64,000 bases of DNA from the human T2T-CHM13v2.0 reference genome, Homo sapiens: assembly GCF_009914755.1 (NCBI RefSeq), contig NC_060945.1; one strand, 5' to 3'. Made by a program: the position numbers and the translations under genes. The notes below the pieces were generated by a model, which ran no database searches, had not been told where the DNA came from, and was given only the letters and a program-made list of their open reading frames with translations. Shown here piece after piece: positions 1 to 11,040 of this stretch; the first letter of the stretch is position 1, and every line of letters begins with the position of its first letter.

Positions 1-3000
1 GCTACTGTGTGAAGTCTTTTGGATTTTCCTTGACTGAGAGCCTAAATCGCTCCTTCAATCTCATTATTTGTCATTGGTGTGTTCACATTTTCTATTTCTT
101 CTTTCTTCAATTTTGATAGGTTATATGTGTCCAGAGCATACGTATTTCTTCTAAGTTTTTCGATTTATTGGTGTATAATTGTTTGTAGTACTTACTCATG
201 ATTTCTTATATTTCTCTAGAGTCTATCATAGTATATCCTTTTTCATCTCTGATTATATGTGAATTTTCTCTTTTTTTCTTAGTCTGACAAAGCATTTGTC
301 AATTTTACGTTTTCAAAAAAGATTCCTTCATTTAATTAGTCGTTTGTATTTTTTGTCTTCATTTTGTATATTTGTGCTCTGATATTTATATTCTTTTGCT
401 AATTTGGGTCTTAGTTTGTTCTTGATTTTATAGTTCCTTGAAATACCTTGTTAGATGGTTTATTTATTATCTTTCTTGTTTATTGATGTAGAAATGTATT
501 GCTATAAACTTCCTTCTAAGGACTGTTTTGCTGTATTTCATAAGTTTTCATATGTTCTGATTTCATTTTTATTTGTCTTCAGATATTTTTAAAATTAAAT
601 TTTTTTCATTGACCCATTGGTTGTTTAAGGATATGTTGTTTAATTTGTATGTATTTGCACAATTTCTGAAGTTCCTCCTGTTGTTTATTTCTAGCTTTAT
701 TCCATATGGTTAAAAAAACACGTGATATGATTTGTTGTTTTGATTAGCTAAGACTTGTTTTGTGGTCTAACATATCTATCATGGACAATATTCCATATGC
801 AGGTGAGAAGACTGTGAATTATGCAATTGTTGGATGAAATGTTATGTAAATAGCTGTTAAATTCTTTTGATCTAGAGTGCAGTTCAAATGTTTCTTTGTT
901 GAGATTCTCTCTCAATGATCTGTTCATTGCTGAAAATCGGATGTCGAGGTTTCTTACTATTATTGTACAGCTTTTTGTCTCTCCTTTTAGATCTATTAAT
1001 GTTTGCTTTATATATTTAGGTTCTCCAATGTTGAGTGCATTATATAATTACAATTATTGTATTCTCTTGTTGTACTGACCCCTTTATTATTACATAATGG
1101 CCTTGTTTGTCTGTGTTTACTTTTTTTTTACTTGAAGTCTATTTTATTTGATATAAATATAACTACTTCTGCATTCTTTGGTTTCCATTATCATAAAATA
1201 TATTTTTTCATCTGGTCACTTCCAATTTTTGTGTGTATTTACAGGTGATGGGAGTCTCTTGTAGAAAGAATATAGTTAGGTCTTGTTTTTAATCCATTTA
1301 CCCATTCTCTGTCTTCTTACTGGATAGTTTAATCTATTTCAATTCAAGGTAATTATTGATAGATAAGGACTTGTACTGCCATATACTGTTTTCTTGTTGT
1401 CTTTTAGAATTTTTGTACCTTTTTGTCCCTTTGTTGTCTTCCTTTGTAGTTAAGTGATTTTCTCTGTGTGTTTTTGTTTCTTGTTCTTTTATTTTTAGTG
1501 TATCTAATAAAAGTGTTTGCCTTTTGGTTACTATGAGGCATGTGAAGAATATTTTATAGTTTCAATAGGTAATTTTGAATGGATAACAACTTAATTTTGA
1601 TAATAAGAAATGGGGAAAAGCAAACACTCTGCTCTTTAACTCAGTCACTCCCCCACATTTTGCATTTTTGATGTCTTAATTTACATCTTTTATATCACTT
1701 ATCCCTTAACAAATTATTGTAGTTTTTATTGTTTTTGTTTTGTATTTTAACCTTCTTACTAAAAACATGTAAGTGGATTACATTCAATTATTACTATATT
1801 AGAGCATCCTGAATTTGTCTGAATATTTATTTTTACCTGCAGATTTATACCTTCCAATTTTTTGTATTACATATTAGTGACCTTTTTTTTCAGTTTGAAG
1901 ACTGTTCTTTAACATTTCTTTTAAGGCAGGTATGGTTACAATGAATTCCTTTAACTTTGTTTGTCTTAGAATGTTTTAACCTCTCCTTCATTTCTAAATG
2001 AGAGCTGTGCTGGATACTGTATTCACGGTTGACAGTTTTTTTTCTTCAGCACTTGATTCTATTATCCTACTCTCTCCTGGCCCATATTGTTTCTGCTGAG
2101 AAGTCTGCTGCCAGGCACATTGGAATTCTCTTATGTGTTATATGCTTCCTTTTTCTTAATGCTTTCAGGACCTACTGTTTGTTTTTGACGTTTGAAAGTT
2201 TAATTATAATGTGTCTTGTGGTTGTCTTATTCAGATTAAATCAGATTAGTGAGCTTTGGCCATCCTAAACATCTTAATCCTTCTCCAAGTTTAAAAAGTT
2301 GTCTGTTATTTCTCTGAATAAGCTTCTAACTCTTTTTCATTCTTAGTTCCACTTTAACAATGTAGATTAGTTTTTTTGATGGTGTCCCATGGATCTCATA
2401 AGTTTTCTTTGTTTCTTCTCATTTTTTTCTCTTTTCTACTCTGACAGTGTATTTTCAAAGAGCCTGTCTTTGAGCTCACTGTTTTTTTTCCTTCTACTTG
2501 ATCAGTTCTGCTCTTGATGCCCTCTAGTGCATTTTTCAGTTTGTTTACTGAACTTTCTACCTCCAGGATTTCCGTTTGATTTTTTCCCATTATTTTAAAT
2601 TCTTTGTTGAGTTTCTCATAAATTTCCATATTGTTTCTCTGTACTTTGTTGAAGTTCAGAGATTTTTTTTTCTTAAAAAAAAAAACAGCTATTTGAATTT
2701 TTTTGTCTGCCACATCATTCATTTGCATGTCTTTAGGTTCAGTTGCTGACACCTTGTTTTCTCCATTTGGTGAGGCAGTTTTTCCTAGGCTATTCTTATT
2801 TTTTTAGATGTGCATCTCTGTCTACACATTGATGAATTAAATATTTATTTCAATCTTCTCAGTCTGGGTTTGTTTTTGACTGTTTCTCAGTGGGCTTGTT
2901 TAGAAATTCTGTCTGGATTTTCATTATATTCCATTTTAACATTAGGAGGTGTCCAAAGCAAAGGTTAGACATAAGTCTTGCAATGGAGCTTCACCACTGA

Positions 3001-3630
3001 TGCAGTGTAACTGGATGGGCCCATGGGTGATCCACAGAAAGGCTGCTGTCTGTGGGGGGAGAACAAGTCAGGCCATCAAATCTGGACAGTCTGTGTATCA
3101 TGTTTCCCACAGTGTGGTGCCCATAAACAACCTGTCTGGTATAATATTTCCTCTGGTAGGAATGGCTAGCCACTGCTAAGTTTCATATAGTAAGTATTGC
3201 TAACGCAATCCCTTCTGTATGTCCCTAGCATGCCTCTGGTGGTTCAGCTCTGTTGACACTCATGGGGCTGCTTGTGGGCTGATGCAGGAGTGAGTCTACT
3301 GTGAAGGCACTCAGTATGGTGGAAAAAATATTCAACTTCTGCTCACTTTATTCAGTGTAAGAACTGTGAGTTCAGGAGGACTTTCTGCATATAATACCAT
3401 TATGGCCTGGGGGAGGAGTATCACAGTCACAGAGTACTGTTTCCCTTACTGCCCAAGCATGGTTTTACTCCTCTTTGCAGTCCAAAGGGGTTTCATTGAC
3501 TCACTCATGTATTCAGGGTTCATTAGCTCTTGTACAGTTAATTTCATATGTGGATAGTTGTTCATATAGATGTGTCCATAGGGGTATGATTACTGGAGAG
3601 ATCTACTCCATTACCTTGCTGTGCCCAAAT
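1..3630 (-). mobile_element. Old LINE-1 (L1M-type) 5' half: 5'UTR, ORF1 and 5' part of ORF2, decayed
   Basis: T-rich antisense L1 ORF2 sequence over 1-1400. Minus ORF 2396-2752 (NQTEILEVESSVNKLKNALEGIKSRTDQVE) resembles the L1 ORF1p coiled coil. Runs off the window start. Confidence 0.85.
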
Positions 3631-4218
3631 CCTTCCCCTTTCCAACACGAGTTTGCCACCTTCTAGTATTCTTTTTTCTTAACCAAACTAAGTTTAGCCT
3701 TTTAATCCTTCACCCTCCTCCACTTCAAATGCCATCGCTTCTTTGTATGCTTATTGTATTTTCCATGCTATATGACTTTCAGCTGGTTATTTACAGTATG
3801 TAAGTTTTAATATCCTGTAAAAGGGGGATAATAATGGCATCCATTTGATAGGGATGTTAAAGATACTAAATGACACTGTCCATGTTAAATAACTTTTTGA
3901 GATATATTGAGATGTTTCTGTACTTCCTTGTTCTGCCCTTCTTGTTGAACCAGAGGAATCTATTGCCATGAAAAGTAATAAAACTGTCATAGTAGAAATT
4001 AAAAGTGAGTAGGAACTTATTTAAAAATCATCATTCTCTTTTTCAATGCAAAAATAAGAACTAGAAAATTTTAATAAGGCAATAGTCTGAAGAAATAACT
4101 TATGGAAGATAATATGGGTTTTTTAATATTAAAGGGTTCTTTTATATATTCAAACTTCGAGATTGGCTGCCTTGAATCCTACTAAAATTTCAATGTAAGT
4201 TTTAGAGAGGGAGGAAAG

Positions 4219-4575
4219 AGTCAAAGAAAAAATTGCACTGGAAAAAGTTAAATAAGTAAGGAAGATATTATTCAAGCTATTGCAATACTGGAGAGAGTCC
4301 AGACCTAGTCTGAACTCAGCTCCCCTGATACAAAGGGCCATGGAGTTTTTGAAAGTGAGGGTAAGGGGGTGATCATAGGCCACCTGTCTTTGCTAACTGT
4401 CTTTTTTCAAAGGAAAAATAAACTTTCTTTTATCTTTGTGATATAAGGTAATTTTTACAACTTGGAGCAAGATTAGGCTCTTACTCTCTCATGGAGACTG
4501 GGAAATATGGTATTATCTTTCTGGAGGATTACGTTTGAAAGAGATGGCTCCCAGATCCTTGAAAAAGGAAATTTT
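4219..4575 (-). mobile_element. ERV1 LTR fragment, MER31-like
   Basis: gtcaaagaaaaaattgcactgg...ttattcaagctattgcaata...gatggctcccagatccttgaaaaag matches recalled MER31 consensus in reverse. Confidence 0.65.
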
Positions 4576-5149
4576 CTGCTTACAAGTTACACATGCCACT
4601 TCTACCTGCATTTCACTGGCCAAACAGGTCACATGTCTAAATCTGACCCTTCCTTCAATAGGACAGAAATGTATAATCTTCTAGGAGATAGGGCCACTAC
4701 AGCAGGAAGACCAGATAATGGGAGAATGGTAATATAATCTACCACAATGACCACAGTGAAAACATTAGTAATCCTTTGGGTTAAACCAAGTCTTCTTGGA
4801 CACTTAGGTTGATTCTAGGCTATTGTCAATAATGGAATAACAAGAAATATAGAGAATAGCCCATTTATTTTTTTGCAGAGAAGCTAGACAATTCACAGTA
4901 ACTTATGGCCTAGACAATTTTATTTCTTGATCAACACAACTCTTTATAGATGCCTGTGGTCCAAAAATGCAGATTCCTAATCGTCCCCAAAAAGAAGGGA
5001 TCCTCTGCAAGGCAACCTGGGAGGGAGTTTAGGATTGTTCTGAAGCAGTGAAAGCCATTGAGATTAACATGTAAGAGGGTAGAGAAAGGGAATCCACATG
5101 TTTTGATCCCTCCATGTGCTGGATATAACTTGGTCTTCATTACATTGCA

Positions 5150-5310
5150 CCACCTTTGGTGTCAGAGAGAACTGGATTTGAATCCCAGTTCCTTCACTCA
5201 TTATGATTTGATGGTGAATATGTTTTTAACTCGTCTGAACCTCAGTTTGCTCATCTACAAATGATGGGATTGTTATGAGACTTGCATAAGGTAAGTGTTT
5301 AAAAATCTGG
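5150..5310 (+). mobile_element. MIR SINE fragment
   Basis: ctggatttgaatcccagttcc...tctgaacctcagtttgctcatctacaaatg MIR core. Confidence 0.75.
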
Positions 5311-5339
5311 GAGTAATCCTGTAATTTAAAACACGGGGT

Positions 5340-5752
5340 TGTGATGAGGCTTCAATAAGGTACGTGTGTAAAAATCTGGTCACAATGTTACTAATTTTGT
5401 AGGTTTTCAATATATAGAGAAGGAGGATTATTTTTCTCTCATTTAATTTTTAGAACAAGTTTATAAAATTGGTATTATTCATATTTTTGGGATAATCAAA
5501 GTATCAGTAGGTTTAAATAAATCACCATAGTCACAAAGCAGTTCACAGTATATTAACTGGATAATTGCTAGTGAAAAGTAACAATGATGGTCACATTGAA
5601 AATCTTGTGTTGGGTGGTGGTTTTCTCTTGCATAAGCCTCTTCATTTGTTGAAACCATAGATTCTAAGTTTGCTCTATCAAAGTGATCATTAGAAAAATA
5701 TAAGGTACTTAGTGTATAAATTTTAGAAAATGTCCTTTTCAATCCTGTTAAT
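5340..5752 (+). repeat. Local direct repeat, copy 1 (~410 bp)
   Basis: Aligns by eye with 6996-7304 + 7737-7855 (e.g. aaataaatcaccatagtcacaaagcagttcaca and tacttagtgtataaattttagaa in both). Confidence 0.9.
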
Positions 5753-6049
5753 TTGATTGAATATGTGCATTTTGAATTATGAATATAAATATGAATATGT
5801 ATGACATATGAAATATGACTTGACATCACAGAGTAACCTTAGATCGTGGCAACGTTTTTTTCTGAAAGCACCTGCAGAAATGTATCTTCTTTCTAGTTTC
5901 CAAAAAACTCAGAGGTCATGGGGGAAGAGGGGACTTTGGCTGTCAGATAGTGCATGAGGTACATTAGGATACAGTAATTTCGTCATAATTCATATTCATA
6001 ATTCACAGTGAGGAAACCTGAAAGTTGCTATCAGTTAGCAATAAATGAA

Positions 6050-6800
6050 AGGTGGGGCGGGGTCACTGGGGGCGCGGCTTTGTGAGCCAGTGCCTGGACT
6101 CCCACGTCACAAATGGAAGGGCAGCGCGTGGAAGGAACTCAAGGCCTGATTGGTTCTTCCTAAGCAGGACACATCAGGTTGTCAGGGCAACCGGCCTTCA
6201 GTTGGTGGCCTTCAGTGTGTGCTTTAAGTTGGTGGCATTTGGTTGTCTTTCCTGGGGAGAGGGGGCAGGTGCTCAGCTCTGCAGACGTGGGGGCAAGCGA
6301 AGGCCCAAGCTGCCTCGAGAAGAGCAGAGGTGCCCCATAGGGACCACGATGACCAGTCGCATGTGCACCAAAGCCAGCCCCCTGCAGGGCCAGCGGAGGG
6401 GTTCTGCGGGGCCGTCCTGTGGCTTTGATATCTATGAGTGGGAGGCCAGCACAGGCACAGGCACCAGCAGAAAGGAGCAGAGACTCCCAGAACATGCTGT
6501 CCCCCAATACCAGCCCCAAGCGAGGCCAGCTTAGGGTGCGGTGGGCAGAGCCATCCTGCAGCTCTGAGATCCACGAGGTGTAGGTGGGAGTAGGGCCAGG
6601 CTCCACTGCGTCGGAGCTCACGCAATTTGAGCCCAATTTGATTCCGGAGCCATGACCTGCAGCACATTGGCGACCAGAAGACGCCCAAAGGTAGGGAGGC
6701 GACAGATACCGCTTGGCCTCAGGAGCTTCTCTGGCCGTTGCTGAACCAAGGTTCCCCCAGAGACATTCACAGCCTGGGGCTCCTCCCTTCTTCACCTAGT
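6050..6800 (+). promoter_or_regulatory. GC-rich, CpG-decayed promoter-like island
   Basis: Abrupt GC-rich block in AT-rich context; GC box GGGGCGGGG 6054-6062, CACGTCA 6102-6108, inverted CCAAT (ATTGG) 6149-6153. Confidence 0.45.
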
Positions 6801-6995
6801 TCCTTTCCTAGACCCAGGCCCCAAGCCTGAGGACTGGCTCTGCCTGGGGTCTCCATCCCTTCGTCTTTCCCTGTTGCATCCAGCCGGTTTCTTTTCCCAT
6901 CCCTACCCATATGCCCAGTTCTGGACCCTCTTCTTCTTCCTAGAGGCTGGCCAAAAACTAAGTTTTCAAAGTACAAAATGGATGCTACATATTTC

Positions 6996-7855
6996 GTTGC
7001 TGAGACTTCTCTCAGGTAAGTATGTAAAAACCTGGACACAATGCCTATAATTTTGTAAGTGTTCAATATATGGAGAAGGAGGATTATTTTTCTTTCATTT
7101 AATTTTTAGAGCAACTTTATAAAATTGGTGACACTCATATATTTGAGATAATCAAACCAAGGATCAGAAAGACTAAATAAATCACCATAGTCACAAAGCA
7201 GTTCACAATACATTTACTGGATAATTTCTAGTTAAAAGTAGCAATGATGATCACATTGAAAATCTTGTATTATCTGGTGGTTTTCTCTTACTTAAGCTTC
7301 TTGGAATTTAGTAAAATAAGTTGCAGCTCAAAAAGCAGATCCGTAGAATATTTTGTTCCAGAGATTGTAGTGGGGGCCCAAGTATTGCATGAGTTTTGTT
7401 GGGAACAAGGTGTAGGCTGAGAATCTAAGCAAACTTCATTTGGTGGTTTTCAATTGGTGGGCAGTGGCAGAAGGAGGAGGAGCTCCGTCTGTGCTCTCTC
7501 TTCCCCCAGTCACAGCCCTCAGGCTTGTTGCATCCAGTCCCTTCTTAGTTAAACCAGACAGGTTGACAGGTTTATTTAGCATTTAGCAGACAAGTCAGCT
7601 CAGGGTAGGCGGGTGAGGTGGGGTGTGGGCTGCTAGTACAGTGCCGCCCTTTGACCCAGGGCTGCCCGTGCCCAGGGGGCTATTCCATATATTATATATT
7701 ATATATATATATATAATATTTTTATATTTATGTATATAAGCCTGTTGGTTTGTTAAAACCATGGATTCTAAGTTGCTCTATCTACGTGATCATTAGAAAA
7801 ATGTGATGTACTTAGTGTATAAATTTTAGAACATTTCTTCTGTTAGTCTTGTTAA
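6996..7855 (+). repeat. Local direct repeat, copy 2, interrupted by a ~430 bp insertion
   Basis: Homologous to 5340-5752; insertion 7305-7736 is flanked by taagcttcttgg / taagcctgttgg. Confidence 0.85.
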
Positions 7856-7965
7856 TACTCAATTATTTTCTAAAACACCTAGTGCAAATCTCCATAGGTT
7901 TTAATCGAATTATATTATAATTTGGATTTTCTGGTCTGCCTATCTTCCAAATAATAAAGTTCTTA

Positions 7966-8449
7966 AAATTAATTTTCTATTGCTGCCATAACAAATTACC
8001 ACAATTTTGTGGCTTAAATCAAAGACTTACGACCCTATAGTTCTGTAGGGCAAACCTCTGACCGTGGTCTTACTGGACTTAAGTGAAGGTGTTGTCAGGG
8101 CTGTATTGCTTTCTGGAGGCTCTAGAGAGAATCCATTTCCTTTTCCAACTTTTAGATGCTGTCCCTATTCCTTGGATCATGGGACAATCCCTCCATCTTC
8201 AAAGCCAGTAATGTGGGATGTCTGTGACCATTGTTCTGTAGTCATATAACCTTCTGACTGTAGCTAGGAAAGATTCTCTTATTTTATAGACACATGCAAT
8301 TAGATTGGCCCCCAAGATAATCAAGGATAATCCCCCTAACTCAAGGGTTAATCACATCTCCAAAGTCCCTTTTGCCTCATGTAAAGTAATATGGTCAAAG
8401 ATTCCAGGGACTAGAACATATTTATGGGGTCATTATTTTGACTGTCACA
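7966..8449 (-). mobile_element. MaLR LTR, MLT1C-like
   Basis: ttgctgccataacaaattaccaca...ctggaggctctagagagaatcc...cattattttgactgtcaca. Confidence 0.8.
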
Positions 8450-8770
8450 AAGGCAAAGTCTTGGACTTATGCATATCTAGATTTTCTTTGCTTAATTTCA
8501 GAGCCTAGAACACATTAGACTCTAAATAAATGTGAATGACTGATAAATATTATATTTACAGATTGCTGCCACATTACAATTCTGTCCTCCCACTGGTGGT
8601 GGAATCCTATGTACTTTTTACCATCTCCATTTTGCATTCAGACTGAACATGGCTATGTTATTCCTTTCACCTGGGTGATTTGAAACCATCTCTCTATTTC
8701 TATTTGTAGAGATCTTATCTATCAAGCCCTTCTCAAATGCCACTTCAAAAAACTTTTTCTAATCTCCAAT

Positions 8771-9157
8771 TGTCTTAGTCAATTTATGCTCTTATAACAA
8801 AATAACACAGACTAGGCAATTTATGAAAACCAGACGTTTATGTGTCACAATTCTGGAGACAAGGAAGTCCAAGATCAAGGCGTTGGCAGGTCTGATGTCT
8901 GGTAAGGGCTGTTCTCTCCGTTCAAGATGGTGTCTTGATGCTGCATCTTCCAGAGACAAGGAACACTGTTTCCTCACATGGTGGAAGGCGGGAGAGCAAG
9001 AGGGATGAACTCCCTCCATGGAGCTCTTTCATGAGGGCTCCTAAACCCATTCCTGATGTAGGAGTCCTGATGGCCTCATCACTTCCTGCAGGCTCCACCT
9101 CAACACTCTCACATTGTCAACGCTGAATCTCGGAGGAGTCACAGTGAAACCACAGCA
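8771..9157 (-). mobile_element. MaLR solo LTR, MST family
   Basis: tgtcttagtc...aagtccaagatcaaggcgttggcagg...aaccacagca, TG..CA termini and 5-bp TSD ccaat (8766-8770 / 9158-9162). Confidence 0.88.
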
Positions 9158-10629
9158 CCAATCAAGTATGATCTTTCTCTCCTCAAAAACCCCCTCATAT
9201 GTTTAGACCTCCCATGCACTTTTATACGTTTTGTCTCATGGTTTCTTCCTGTACAAATAAGGTGCTATAAATGGATAGCTATAGTTTTGGGTTTCATTTC
9301 AACAAAACACCCTTCCTAGTTTTTTGAACCCCAAGCAAAATATGAGGACAGGCCCCACCTTCCATTACAAAAGCTGAAAGGGAGTGCATGATCCTTTTTC
9401 CAGTTTCTTGGCCACTCACGTGTGGGCACATATCTAGGCCCAGCCAACTGATGGCTCTTTATTAGAACTTGGAACCCGATGAAATGATGCAAAAGACCTG
9501 AAAGAATCAGAGATGATTCTGAGAAATTGAGCAGAGATGCAGGTCCAGGAATATGGCAGCAAATGCCTAGGTTCAGCAGAGCCCAGCTACATGGTGACAA
9601 GTGTCAAATGACAACATCCTAGTGGTGGCATCCCAAGATCTGCTTTCGTCGAATGAACTTGGCTGTGCTGACTTTCCCTCAGTTTTTACTTTGCTTCTCC
9701 AGCATCTTCAATGATTTTGTGAACTATTCAATATCCTTTCATTGAATTCCTGTTTTGCTTAAGTTGTCTAGAATTTGTTATTTTCAGTGAAAAATATAAA
9801 CCAATTATGTCCTCACATTAAAACACACTCCACTTAGGCATCTCCTCTGATCTCACTGGAGAAAAGTGTGGGCGTTATTTGTAATTTGACTCAGAATCAT
9901 AGGATTAGTTTGGTACTAGTAACAATGGAGATAAGTAACTAACTTTTTGTGAAACTTCTTCCTGGGGTGAAACAAAATCTATTGTGGAAACTCTTTCCAA
10001 TTATCTCTGGAAATTTATTAAGTGACTTAGTATATAATGATAATTTACCATGATATTTGATAAAATAGTTTTGTGTGTTCAGAATAATTTCTTTTTTCTT
10101 TACCTTTAAAGTAATGCATTGATAGTTAATTTTCTCCTAAATTGTCTGTTTTTATTTCCATAAAAGGTATTTATTGAATGTCTCCTTACTTTTAATATAA
10201 CTAGGCATTGTGTGATCAAAGTAAAATAAATATGTTCTTGTTTCTGGAATTACTAAAGCTTTGAAAATTGACTTATCGACCTCAAACCAATGGGACATAT
10301 TCCTATGTGGTCTACTCCTCTGTTAGGGTTCCCAGGGTAAGTGGTGATTCCTTTTCTGTCTTTTTAAAGATTTTAGAAATGCAGTTTCTGATGTGGCCCA
10401 CTAGGCGGAGTACTTCAGAGCAGTGTTTGTGGGAGTACAAAGCTAACTTCTGCTGCTTTTGCTTGATGCTTCTGCAGCTTCCTTGACTACTGTGGATGAT
10501 AAGTAATCATTTTCTTCCTCTTCTTTATTTTTCCCCCTCCCTCTTTGGAGTGAACGTGAAACATTTAGGAAGTTTGTTGATCAACATGTACAGTGTTTAT
10601 GAAAATCCGGCTAAGATAATATGGTAGTA

Positions 10630-11040
10630 CTCCTTTGGTTATAAATAATAGAATTCAAACTCAAACTGGTCTAAGCCAAAAAAAATATTAATTTGTGGAC
10701 TCGTATAATGGAAAAATCCAGGGTATAGCTTCAGAATGGCTGAACGTAGGGACTCAGGGCTTGGCTCTTCTCCTCTTCCTTGCTTTTTTCTTCCCCATTG
10801 ATTTTATTCTCAGACAAGTTTTCCCTTTGTGCTGCAATGTGGCCATCATCACTCCTGCAGTGTACATTTCCTTAGTTCCACTGCCCCAGAATAAAGCAAA
10901 AACAGAAACACTTCTAATAGTTTCAATAAGAGACTAGAGATTGACTTTGGGTGTGAGGCTTGGATTTCATGTCCATCTCTAGTTTCATCTGTGCCAGGAT
11001 TAGAAGTATATTCATTGGCCAGGCCTGTGTCACGAGCTCA
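10630..11040 (-). mobile_element. Old MaLR LTR fragment (MLT1J/K-like)
   Basis: ttggttataaataatagaattcaaactcaaactggtctaagcc...tattcattggccaggcctgtgtcac. Confidence 0.5.

Noticed and set aside
6052-6795. Overlapping ORFs of 160, 211 and 154 aa
   Set aside because: Expected in GC-rich DNA; both strands open, mostly non-ATG starts, no recognisable domain
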